Shown here: positions 47,901 through 55,945 of the stretch, in pieces
Position numbering within the stretch: position 1 is the stretch's first letter
How the letters are laid out: each line of letters begins with the position of its first letter
Assembly: GCA_039799905.1 (NCBI GenBank)
Contig: JBDLRP010000032.1
Span: 62,070 to 126,069 of the forward strand
Direction: 5' to 3'
Length of the DNA: 64,000 bases
Source: Pseudomonadota bacterium
Lineage (GTDB): Bacteria > Bdellovibrionota_B > Oligoflexia > Silvanigrellales > Silvanigrellaceae
Made by a program: the position numbers and the translations under genes
Notes under the pieces: generated by a model
Told to the model about the DNA's origin: nothing
Databases searched by the model: none
Seen by the model: the letters and a program-made list of their open reading frames with translations, nothing else

Positions 47901-48563
47901 TCTGCATTGGCCTTTGGCTTACTGACTCAAATGAGCAAGGTACCGGCTGCACGAATCCCATTGCGGGGCAGCCGCATGAAGCTCATGGCCGGTTGGGAAA
48001 ATTCACTGAGCTCATATGCACTCAGCAAAGAAAATTGGTCGCGTTTTATTTTGAAGGACTGCACATCGCAGGCAACGGACCTCTGGCTCTCGGGCGACCA
48101 CGCGGGTGCCGGGCGACAGCTCGATGAATGTCTGCAGAGGCTTGCCATTGCTGTCGAAGACTCGGGTGAAACTGCGGATGAAAGTGCCCTCGAGACCTTG
48201 CGCGTCACATGGATGCTGGCCTCACGGCTGGCCGAGAAGAATGTTTCTTTGTCGGCAACGTCAATGGATACGTATCTGCTTCTAAGCCGCAGGGCGTTGT
48301 CGAAGTTGGATTCACTGGCCGGTGCAAGCCGTCCGATGGCGGTGCGCTGGCTGCGCTTGAGCGCTGAGCAGTCCGTCCTGAGGTCAGCACTTTTGTCCTC
48401 AACAAAACCCGCATATATTAAGCCGGCAGACGCAGCGAAAGCATTGCAGCAGATTGCTGCTTCCGATCGTCTTGAACTGCTGAACGCAGACGAACGCCAA
48501 ACGCTTGCTGTGCATCTGGCGGGACTGCAAGAAAGACTCAATCGCGTGGGACAGGGGAAATGA
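44904..48563 (+). CDS. Exported TolB-like (PD40) beta-propeller plus long TPR protein
   Basis: Signal peptide, DPAISFDGAKIAFTS, Ca-loop-like DTNSDARIDGND, and a TPR-like helical C-terminal region. Confidence 0.75.
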   Translation: MQGNPSILLSALNSAVLRLAVVPLAIVSFAAQAASEPAQKMPRMENLEKLTVGPDNHFQVAIGGGEDKIFFTRSSNLATRLYWRGLKGAQALGQVQPLVRAEFDTKDPAISFDGAKIAFTSFERQARGDVCVQDVAAEKEKPSQICAEEKVASEQPFWLDAQTVGYIRRPIGKSNAQLVSWDLRSKEKKVLFEDQIFSAHADAQGRWIVFASVDGNAGRTGGEFERLLKVYRRKDQQSHPLRVSLPGLSGFPRFDDSGEFLYFAQFPNDTNSDARIDGNDNGVLFRVPSAVLLDGKGVVLPEQLTTAEQNCNYPAPAREFLYMTCAFEGTLDVYRIVKTGLIPTRWNENILLDSYRTSRSIAERTLIINTLRNRFEKYRNLDSLEKVLSQHFLTGEYQAALYYLNFVEAAAAAGEKSGYAVVRNILEILQYRARERLDQISPEFVSLLNEKRKILEREKGAFKSFADLGQIFIDLSQRDFTKAKARFSRVNVASQQSPLEQYTYFLLSRTLLEQKTISTDDWYRAAAAVAQSAILNDEAKAYVSSVMVSKIAEAHKTAAERLSRLQAVRKLATPGTLLDTLLTSQDFALQVAVAEGDAAEDKPFQEFNKIFAKTSDQYYLNRALAVQAVLTLAEFNKTRVMGFIAANWLAAAKISDTEYMHARDQYVGVVLDKAYGFWAKPDTKSASQVFYSSVRLTDDQEAHLGFVTTVLQENNRKLLDERYASLKSGSFTAANVDFAKAAVMLFDDLSRQEKGSTELLEQAEKILLGVRDDGSRPAGKHLLLGYVAHQKLLRKMKGFTFDEELSQAAHHQYMIALDLGRKSQRLTAQVLNNLGMLHLQTGNFGMASGYFAAREKIAFENPQAHMSFLWNFSKALYRNGEFPRAAEVSLLGLTLAQQNKMPEEVQYAWTERTAFHMSQADRFKEAAEYYAKLLSGIEKRGDENTLKALLMQGWSLMKAGQIKQAANAFDKVIVLADKSKMRKASGEPNDVLEFRPQRYSALAFGLLTQMSKVPAARIPLRGSRMKLMAGWENSLSSYALSKENWSRFILKDCTSQATDLWLSGDHAGAGRQLDECLQRLAIAVEDSGETADESALETLRVTWMLASRLAEKNVSLSATSMDTYLLLSRRALSKLDSLAGASRPMAVRWLRLSAEQSVLRSALLSSTKPAYIKPADAAKALQQIAASDRLELLNADERQTLAVHLAGLQERLNRVGQGK

Positions 48564-48564
48564 A

Positions 48565-49083
48565 ATGAAATCGTCTGCAGATTCAATCGTTGGAACAGAG
48601 CAACTTCGGCTCAACCGTGGCGGATTCACTTGTCTTCTGTCGCTGGCTTTTTTGCTCGCTTCCTGTGACATGGAAGAAAAAAAAGAAGCCGCACCTGACC
48701 TGAGCAAATTTTCGGGTCTCTACTCGTCGTATCTTTCGGGTTGCAAGGAGTGTCACGAGCCTAATAACGTGACCTACAAAGAGCAGGTTCTCAATCTCGA
48801 TATGTCCAGCGAAGAGACGGCCTACACGTCGCTGACCTCAACGGCCAACATTGCTCGGTGGGCGAGCTTGGGCTGCGATCCGGTTAAGTATGTAAATGCG
48901 AGTTCTTCATCGGGTTCAATTCTCTATGCCATTCTCGATGCTGAAACGGCCGATGCGTTCGGCAACGGTGCATGCAAACCACTGAAACACACACGCAGCA
49001 ACGGCGGTGAGGCAAATGACCCCAGCGCCGAGCAAAAACAGGCCATTAAGGCCTGGATCGACAAAGGCGCCCCTCGCAACTGA
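48565..49083 (+). CDS. Monoheme c-type cytochrome lipoprotein
   Basis: Lipobox LASC, CKECH heme motif, and C-terminal AIKAWIDKGA. Confidence 0.75.
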   Translation: MKSSADSIVGTEQLRLNRGGFTCLLSLAFLLASCDMEEKKEAAPDLSKFSGLYSSYLSGCKECHEPNNVTYKEQVLNLDMSSEETAYTSLTSTANIARWASLGCDPVKYVNASSSSGSILYAILDAETADAFGNGACKPLKHTRSNGGEANDPSAEQKQAIKAWIDKGAPRN

Positions 49084-49100
49084 GGTCCGCGCCTTTATTT
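49063..49100. terminator. Possible terminator hairpin between convergent genes
   Basis: AAAGGCGC (49063-49070) pairs with GCGCCTTT (49089-49096), followed by ATTT. Confidence 0.45.
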
Positions 49101-49116
49101 TAAATCAATTGATATA

Positions 49117-49902
49117 TTAATAACGCTGAACAAATGCCTCGAATTTCGCATACAGTTGAGAAGCCGAGTAGGTGGGTTGTCCATAAGGGCTGCCGGGGAA
49201 CGAGGCCCAAGTTGTGGCAACGCCGTAGGCCGCACGTGAAAAATCGTTGAAGCTCGAAATGTTCATCACCGTGCTGTAAACACCCGCATCCTTGAGCAGC
49301 TGTACCGCTGCTTTGTCCTGACTCTCGGGCGTAAAATCACGAAGGGCAAGTCGGTACGCCAAGTTGTCCCATGTCGTAGAAAGAAACTGATAACGGCCAG
49401 CAGCATCGGAGCAAAGACTCCCTGAGCAGCGGATTTGCCGTGGGTGGTCGGCGTAACTGTAAAAGCGTGTGAAGGTAAACTGGATGTCGTAGCGATCATC
49501 CGTGCCTTCTGCATAACCAATCGTATCAAGAAATGCGCGGACGTTGGCGGTGAACTCGCTGCGCAAACTGGTTTTTGAAATGTGCTTCACAAACACATAA
49601 CCCTTTTTGAACTGACAGTCCGGCAACGTTTCGGTCAGGTTCACCAAATAGTGGTTTGCATCGTAGCGTGGCTGTTCCGACAAGGTGAGCTTGCGGCCTG
49701 CCGGAAGGTTGCACTTTTCGCTGCCAAAGGTCAGCGTTGCCGAGTCATCTTTGCTTATTTTGAGGACTGTATTTTGGCCGGTGATAATGAACTGTTCTTC
49801 TGATTCGGCGGTCATGGCACGCGCGTCGGTGCTTTCGATTTGTCCGCAGCCGGTGAGCACGCCTGTAAACACTGAGGCAACAATGAGTATCTTCCGAATC
49901 AT
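49117..49902 (-). CDS. Lipoprotein with a lambda-type lysozyme/transglycosylase domain
   Basis: Lipobox LTGC, AFLDTIGYAEGT, AAGRYQFLSTTW, DFTPESQD and WASFPG motifs. Confidence 0.9.
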   Translation of the reverse strand: MIRKILIVASVFTGVLTGCGQIESTDARAMTAESEEQFIITGQNTVLKISKDDSATLTFGSEKCNLPAGRKLTLSEQPRYDANHYLVNLTETLPDCQFKKGYVFVKHISKTSLRSEFTANVRAFLDTIGYAEGTDDRYDIQFTFTRFYSYADHPRQIRCSGSLCSDAAGRYQFLSTTWDNLAYRLALRDFTPESQDKAAVQLLKDAGVYSTVMNISSFNDFSRAAYGVATTWASFPGSPYGQPTYSASQLYAKFEAFVQRY

Positions 49903-49944
49903 GGTGTTCTCCCCGTATCGGGTCGTTTGACCCAAATGATGTCG

Positions 49945-49960
49945 AGCAATTTCGGGGCCA
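49945..49960 (-). promoter_or_regulatory. Sigma-54-like promoter
   Basis: TGGCCCCGAAATTGCT (GG-N10-GC), about 40 nt upstream of the ATG at 49902. Confidence 0.6.
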
Positions 49961-50083
49961 CGGAGAAGTCGGTTTTTTTTCAGGAATTTAGAAAATTTTC
50001 GGCTGTCAAAGGATTAGACGGTGGTTAGATTTTGCGTTGGGAGAAGATTTAATCGAGCTGACAAACTATAGTGTGTTGGAAGT

Positions 50084-51493
50084 CTAATCGGGTGTGGTGG
50101 GAGTCGGAAATTGAATCTCGTCGGTTACGGCCGACTCCGATGCTGAACCCACAAGTCCTGGGAGGGCAGCGGGGCCGATGATGCGAGCCTTGAATCTGTA
50201 TTTGATTCCTTCTTTGAGTCCGAAGTCCAGAAAGCTTTCCTCAAGACTATGTTTAAATACGATACCATCGGTTGTTTCACCACAATTTCCTAGTGCTTCT
50301 CTAAAGCTTTTTAAGAAGCTCCCATCTGCGTTCAGTATCTGGATTTCTAACTTGACACCTGAAGGAAACGAGCCCGTCGTAGGACAATTAGTGACAAGCA
50401 CTTTGGCATCAATTTTGGTTGCAGTGATTGTTATTTCCGGCTTGTTTTCAGTAGTCATTTGGAAGCTCACCAGATGGTTGAACTCGGGCCCCAATGGGGT
50501 CAAGTATTTTTTTGTACCGCCACTCGCAAGAGTCACGGTAGCCATCACGAGTTGTTCCGGAAAAAGCCCTTGACCTGTACTGAGAGTAAACCGCGCGTTC
50601 CAGACACCGTCGCCGGCAGTGGGATCCCCATGAGTGGCCTGAGTTTTGCCGCCGTCATCAAACATTTCTGTCTCGACACCGAAGCTCTTCAACGTGACCT
50701 TTTCCGCAAGTCCCGCCGGCAGTTTCAAGACGCACCAAAATTCGAACGATGGGTCTGCCGCTTTTCGCAATTGGTCACATTTGAGAAACCCCATTTTAGG
50801 TATGCCGTTGCTGTAGTTGTGCTGCCAGGGAATCTTTGCATCATCTGGTGACTTGTCGCTGTATGTTTGGGCATCATATATGTTTTCGACCGCATCACCG
50901 TCGACATCAGTATCGAGCATGTTGGGAATGGCATCACCATCAATGTCTGGCAGGAGTTGAAAGTTGGTCGAATAATCAGCTTTGAAAGGGGCAAGTTTTT
51001 CAGATGCACCCAAAGTCGTCTGAAAATCCAGTTCGGATTGTTGACTGGTTTCTAGCACATCAGGGCTGTTGGCTTTTCCGTCGCTGACTACCAGTGTTCC
51101 CAGATTTCCGCCTGTCTGGCCCATCCGAAAGATATAATATTTGAGTTCGCCGACCGGCGCAGATTTCTGCATCAATCCGCGCACCTGAAAGTCCGGACCA
51201 ATCAGCAAGCCGTAATATTTTCCCTGCGCGGGAACCTTTTCAATTTTAAAACTGTTTGAACTGATGTCGCCTGTAAAGACTTCGTTTGTGGCGGAATCTA
51301 AGAGAACAAACATACCGTTGGAAAAGGAATTGGCCGTCGGACTCCAGTCCGCAAATGCACCGCTGACGGTGATTTCTTCATTGGGTTCCTCGAGCGATTC
51401 GATGGGTTGGCGCGCGCACGATGAGCTCAGAACGAATCCGAAGGTCGTCGCGAGTGTGGCGTACGTGAGCCAATGAGTCCAGCGGGCCGTCAT
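50084..51493 (-). CDS. Lipoprotein with Asp-rich Ca-binding (TSP3-like) repeats and a choice-of-anchor-X-like motif
   Basis: Signal ending in SSSC, DIDGDAIPNMLDTDVDGD, and FDDGG...GDPTAGDGVW. Confidence 0.65.
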   Translation of the reverse strand: MTARWTHWLTYATLATTFGFVLSSSCARQPIESLEEPNEEITVSGAFADWSPTANSFSNGMFVLLDSATNEVFTGDISSNSFKIEKVPAQGKYYGLLIGPDFQVRGLMQKSAPVGELKYYIFRMGQTGGNLGTLVVSDGKANSPDVLETSQQSELDFQTTLGASEKLAPFKADYSTNFQLLPDIDGDAIPNMLDTDVDGDAVENIYDAQTYSDKSPDDAKIPWQHNYSNGIPKMGFLKCDQLRKAADPSFEFWCVLKLPAGLAEKVTLKSFGVETEMFDDGGKTQATHGDPTAGDGVWNARFTLSTGQGLFPEQLVMATVTLASGGTKKYLTPLGPEFNHLVSFQMTTENKPEITITATKIDAKVLVTNCPTTGSFPSGVKLEIQILNADGSFLKSFREALGNCGETTDGIVFKHSLEESFLDFGLKEGIKYRFKARIIGPAALPGLVGSASESAVTDEIQFPTPTTPD

Positions 51494-52302
51494 GGTTCAC
51501 CCCGCCCCAGCGCCAGACCGGCGCCCACTTGAATCTGCAGTCCCTGCGCTCGAAGAGGAAACTTATGGCCCTCGAAATCTGATTGCAGCACCTGACCCGA
51601 CAGGCGAAGAATGAGTCCCAGCGGACCTATGTAAAGTCCGCCGATGCCTCCGCTAAATGCAACTCTCCAGCCTGACTTTTGTTCCAAGCGCGCAGCCTTT
51701 TGAATCTCTGCAGAAGCGTTTTCTGAAGTCGGTAACGTAGTTACACCGGCGATAAAATAGTCGGCCTGAAATCCCGCATCCAGATCCAGGGAGGCTGAGG
51801 TGTGACGCAGCAAAAACACGTCTGTACCCACACCCCAAGCGCGCCAGTCCGGTGCATTGGATCGGCCGGCAAGGCTTGCAAGCCAGCCCGAGGACACTCC
51901 GCTTTGCGCGTTGACCAACGAAAGACCAAGTCGAACGGATTGTTTCACGTTCACCGGGATTTCAGCGGAATGAGAAAATCTGCTTTCGCTGAAAACGCCA
52001 GTTGCGCTCCGTTGCGCCGCGACTGCGGGATCCGAACGTGTATCCCAATAGGGTGACTCAACGTCCGCAGAAGACAAGCCATAAGTCGCCTGAAAATGCC
52101 AAACGTTTTGTGCAGGAGATGAACGCGTAGATTCACTGTTGGTCGTTTGCTTCGTCGCGGTGGTTGTCTGTTCGGGCGGGGTGATGCGGATTTCAGCACG
52201 CGCTGGGTGTGCCTGCAACAGCGCAGCAAAAGATGCGCCGCCGCAAAACAACCGAGTCACAAATGGTGAGATGTTTTTGTTCGTATGCCGCAAACCCGAC
52301 AC
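51490..52302 (-). CDS. Putative outer-membrane beta-barrel protein
   Basis: Signal peptide ending in ARA, then amphipathic strands. Overlaps the start of the downstream lipoprotein gene. Confidence 0.5.
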   Translation of the reverse strand: MSGLRHTNKNISPFVTRLFCGGASFAALLQAHPARAEIRITPPEQTTTATKQTTNSESTRSSPAQNVWHFQATYGLSSADVESPYWDTRSDPAVAAQRSATGVFSESRFSHSAEIPVNVKQSVRLGLSLVNAQSGVSSGWLASLAGRSNAPDWRAWGVGTDVFLLRHTSASLDLDAGFQADYFIAGVTTLPTSENASAEIQKAARLEQKSGWRVAFSGGIGGLYIGPLGLILRLSGQVLQSDFEGHKFPLRAQGLQIQVGAGLALGRGEP

Positions 52303-52423
52303 GCCCCCCTGCGTCTGTCAGGGGGTATCGGAACAAAAGTGCTTATGTTCCTGTTTGTGTCAGCGACTTGACGGAAGAAAACTGCAGCGTGCGGCTAAAG
52401 TCCTGAATTTACGGCGCATATTT

Positions 52424-53812
52424 TCAGAGTTCGATGCCTGCAGTCATGGTCAACGTCCAATCTGTTGCACTGGCCTCGAATTGGCGGATCAATTTGTTGA
52501 ATTCCGCGTTGTCAGAGGATCGGATGACCTCATTGGCTATCGACGACGGGATGCCGCCGGTGAATTCGCCGGCTCCGCCGCTGCGCGCGAGCGCGATGTT
52601 GAGCGTTGATTTCTGACTGACTCTTTCCGACCAGCTGCCGCGCACCAACCAGCTTTTGTCGGTCAGGTTGGTCAAGCCGGAGACGAGAACCGTTGAATCG
52701 TTGAGCGAGGCAGGCTGTGCGAGCAAAATATTTGCCGCGACGTAACGGTTCGCCAGATACAGCCTTTGCGCTTGTCCGCGCAGGAAAGAAACAGCTTCAC
52801 TGAGCGCGTTTGAACTGCCAAAGTCGTTCCAAAAATATTCAACCGAAAGATTTGCTGAGTCGCTTTCTGAGTACTTGATGTCATAGCGGAGTCCGCCGAC
52901 AACCTGTGCGATTGTCTGATTGTCCCTCTTGTACGAGATAATCGGCTGAGAGCCGTCGGCTGACGTGCTGCGGCGGAAGAAGTCGCGCTTGCTTTTGCGG
53001 GTGAGGGCCGTTTCGACAACCAAATCAACGGGACCAAGAGCTGTGTTTACGTCAAAGGCGTACTGTTGCGGCTGGTCGCGGCCTCCAGCAACGGTGGCTG
53101 TCAGCTCGCCAAGACCATAGTTGAGCTCGGCACGCGCGGCAAATTTGCTGTCGCGGGCCGCCTGTGCGTTGTCAAAGTTCGCAAGTAAATAAAAGTTGTT
53201 TCCCGACTTCTCGAAAGGCATGTGCAGCTTGAGAAGGTTGGCGCCAGCGCGCACGTCGTAAAGAGCAAATGGGTCTTTGGCTTCGACGGCGAAAAAGTCG
53301 CTCGGGTTCCAAAACGTCGCAGCGCCCCATTTGAGTTTTTGTTTGCCGAGCGTCGTGTAAACGCTCGTTCCGTTCCACTTGATCCAAGTTTCATTCACCG
53401 AGAAAGCCGGCTGATTCTGCGCGTTGCCGCGGCTCGTCACGCTTCCTTTGATATAGCCGCGTAGGTTGTCGGCAGGTCGCGAGTCCAGATAAAGCTCCGC
53501 TCCGGTTGAGTTGAGCATTCTGGCTTCAGCTGCGCTTGAGTTGCTGCCTTTGCTGAGAACCGATTGCAGTTCCAAACGACCGCCCAAGGTGAGTGTCTCA
53601 CCTTGAGTTTGCCGCGTGGTCACCGTGGTGTCGGGGCTTTTCACAGGCTCGGCAGTTTTGCCGGACTCGCTGGCTGCAGCACTACCACCGCCGAACATTT
53701 CATCCTCAAGTTTGTTTTCTGCCGCAAGTGAGGGAAGGGAGGGCAAAAGCAGTGCGGCAAACGCCAGCGAGCACAATTCTTTACGGGGGTGTTCAAGGAC
53801 AGGTCGTTTCAT
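52424..53812 (-). CDS. Outer-membrane beta-barrel protein of the ABC/LolA-like operon
   Basis: Signal peptide, LGKQKLKWG..FWNPSD motif and beta-strand pattern. Confidence 0.7.
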   Translation of the reverse strand: MKRPVLEHPRKELCSLAFAALLLPSLPSLAAENKLEDEMFGGGSAAASESGKTAEPVKSPDTTVTTRQTQGETLTLGGRLELQSVLSKGSNSSAAEARMLNSTGAELYLDSRPADNLRGYIKGSVTSRGNAQNQPAFSVNETWIKWNGTSVYTTLGKQKLKWGAATFWNPSDFFAVEAKDPFALYDVRAGANLLKLHMPFEKSGNNFYLLANFDNAQAARDSKFAARAELNYGLGELTATVAGGRDQPQQYAFDVNTALGPVDLVVETALTRKSKRDFFRRSTSADGSQPIISYKRDNQTIAQVVGGLRYDIKYSESDSANLSVEYFWNDFGSSNALSEAVSFLRGQAQRLYLANRYVAANILLAQPASLNDSTVLVSGLTNLTDKSWLVRGSWSERVSQKSTLNIALARSGGAGEFTGGIPSSIANEVIRSSDNAEFNKLIRQFEASATDWTLTMTAGIEL

Positions 53813-54588
53813 CGGCTTTGTGACTCCAACCAGGCTTTTGTAAAAATATTCGCGGGCAACGAGTCGAGGTTCACGTCACGAAGGACGACTGTCGTGCCGT
53901 TGCCCTTTTCGACTTCGTCAATGATGCGGATCTCGCGGGGAATATAGACATCCGCGCCCTTCGACTTACTGAATTTTTTGTCCCATGCCGGATAATAGAT
54001 TGTTCGCAGCAGTTTTTCCGAAAGCGAACGTTCTTGGCGTTTGAGAATATTGCGCGACGCTTTGTCGACCCACAGATGCAAAATCGGACTGGCAACATCG
54101 GCTTCACTTTTTGCAGTCAGCACAATGTGGTGCACATCGAATTTGCCGAGTTTGCTGTCGCCCATGAATTTCGCCGTATACTCATCCGACAGGCGTGATT
54201 CATCGAAATCCGAACGGCGCGAGTTGGTTCCGCCGATTCCGGAACGGTCGGTGCGGCGCTCCCATTTTCCGAGTGCAGGCTCATAGAGGAAGAGATTCTT
54301 TTCGAGACGCAGATAACCCTTTCCGGCCTCGCTCTTGGGCTTGCTGAACAGCAGCATCCACTTGTCGTCGGCATCGCGGCGGAAGATGGTGGCCTCAAAT
54401 GCCTGTGTAACTTTGTTCTTTTCCGACTGCTCGATGAACACAACCGATTTGTAGTCACCTGAGTTGCGTTGGCGATTGTCGATTTCAGCGACAAGACTTT
54501 TGAGTTCAGCTTCTGCCAGTGCGAAGGCAAGGCTAGGTACACTCAGCAAACCTGTAAAAATGAGACCAAGGGCGAGTTTGATACGCAT
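53809..54588 (-). CDS. LolA-like outer-membrane lipoprotein-sorting family protein
   Basis: F.KPKSEAGKGYL, LFLYEP and terminal LPANIFTKAWL motifs. AAGGAG RBS. Confidence 0.8.
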   Translation of the reverse strand: MRIKLALGLIFTGLLSVPSLAFALAEAELKSLVAEIDNRQRNSGDYKSVVFIEQSEKNKVTQAFEATIFRRDADDKWMLLFSKPKSEAGKGYLRLEKNLFLYEPALGKWERRTDRSGIGGTNSRRSDFDESRLSDEYTAKFMGDSKLGKFDVHHIVLTAKSEADVASPILHLWVDKASRNILKRQERSLSEKLLRTIYYPAWDKKFSKSKGADVYIPREIRIIDEVEKGNGTTVVLRDVNLDSLPANIFTKAWLESQSR

Positions 54589-54600
54589 GGTTTATCTCCT

Positions 54601-55941
54601 TTATTTTCCTTGATTGAGTGCCTGTACGGGCCGCATCTGGCTGGCCTTCTGCGACGGATAAAATGCAGCGAATGCAGTCAGCAGTGGCATGAAGATTACC
54701 GCAGTCAATATATGCTGCGGACTGAGCGACAGCCGGACGATATCAGTCATCAAAAAGATCCGCAGGCCGCTGTTGGTGATTGGCACCTGTGCGACGTTGA
54801 TGGTGGAGACAAGTATAATTCCGATCACTGAGCCAAACACAGCCCCGCCCAGACCAAGCAGAGCGGCTTCGAGCATGAACAACCGGCGGACTTGATTCTT
54901 CTGCATACCAATGGCGCGCAGTGTGCCGATTTCTTTGGTGCGTTCGCGCACGGTCATCCACATGCTGTTTGCGATACCGGTCGCAATGATGAGCCCCAGA
55001 ATAGCGACAAGAAACACCGACAGACCGTTCAAGCTGGTCACAATCCAGTTGATGAACGACACTTCGTCATCCCATGTGGTCAGGTCGAGTCGTAGCCCGC
55101 GCCAGTCTTGCCCGACAATTTTCTGAAACTTGAAGAAGAATGGCCGCGGGTCGTGCTCGAGAAGCTGGAAGCCGGCTTTGCTGAGCACTCCTTCGAGTTG
55201 TTTGCGTACTTCGTTCGCGCGGCGGATGTCCTTCAGGTAGATCCAAATAGCACCAGTTGTGTCGTCGCCGCGGCGGTCCAGATTAAGCACCGTTTGACGC
55301 GGGACAAAGACGCTGAAGTTGCTGAGAAATCCCATGTCGCGTGCAACGGCGACAACCGTTAGGTCGACCGAATTGGTTTGGCCGCCGGTAGCTTCTGTGA
55401 TGAAAGTGAGGGTGTCTCCCACGTCAGCACCGAGCTTTTTGGCTTGTGCCGCAAAGATGATAAGTGTGTCGGGTGCGCCGAAGTTGGCAAGATTGCCAAG
55501 CACCTTTTTCTGACCGCCTTTTTTGTACTCTTCCTGCTCGGCGAGTTTCAGCTCGCGCAGAAAAGCCGACTCTTCAAGAATCATCCCGTTGAGTCCGGTG
55601 TTGAAGGAGCCTGTCGGCCCAATCAGTCGGCCCCATCCGCGCGCGCGGTCGGTGACAGCGGCGAGTCCACTGACGTTTTCAGTCACGAGGCGGCGGATTT
55701 GCTCGCGGTTGGTGACCAAAGGGGTCGCAGAGTTGGCCCGCTGCTTGTAAAATCCCGCAACATTCACGTGACCAGTTGATGTCAGTGTCGATGCCTCAAT
55801 GAGGCGCTCGGAAACGCCCTTGCTGATACTGAGCAGAAGAAGAAGCAAAAGTGACACAAAGGCAATCGCGGAACCGAGCAACAACGTCCGCCGGCTGGCC
55901 TGCACCAGATTGCGCATCGCTATCAATAAAAAAGTCCACAT
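54601..55941 (-). CDS. FtsX/MacB/LolCE-type ABC permease
   Basis: IAMRNL and VRERTKEIGTLRAIG motifs with four TM helices. Confidence 0.9.
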   Translation of the reverse strand: MWTFLLIAMRNLVQASRRTLLLGSAIAFVSLLLLLLLSISKGVSERLIEASTLTSTGHVNVAGFYKQRANSATPLVTNREQIRRLVTENVSGLAAVTDRARGWGRLIGPTGSFNTGLNGMILEESAFLRELKLAEQEEYKKGGQKKVLGNLANFGAPDTLIIFAAQAKKLGADVGDTLTFITEATGGQTNSVDLTVVAVARDMGFLSNFSVFVPRQTVLNLDRRGDDTTGAIWIYLKDIRRANEVRKQLEGVLSKAGFQLLEHDPRPFFFKFQKIVGQDWRGLRLDLTTWDDEVSFINWIVTSLNGLSVFLVAILGLIIATGIANSMWMTVRERTKEIGTLRAIGMQKNQVRRLFMLEAALLGLGGAVFGSVIGIILVSTINVAQVPITNSGLRIFLMTDIVRLSLSPQHILTAVIFMPLLTAFAAFYPSQKASQMRPVQALNQGK

Positions 55942-55945
55942 ATGA

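Noticed and set aside
49117..49902. Lysozyme gene as a prophage remnant
   Set aside because: No holin, structural or integrase genes nearby, and it has a lipoprotein signal and its own promoter motif.
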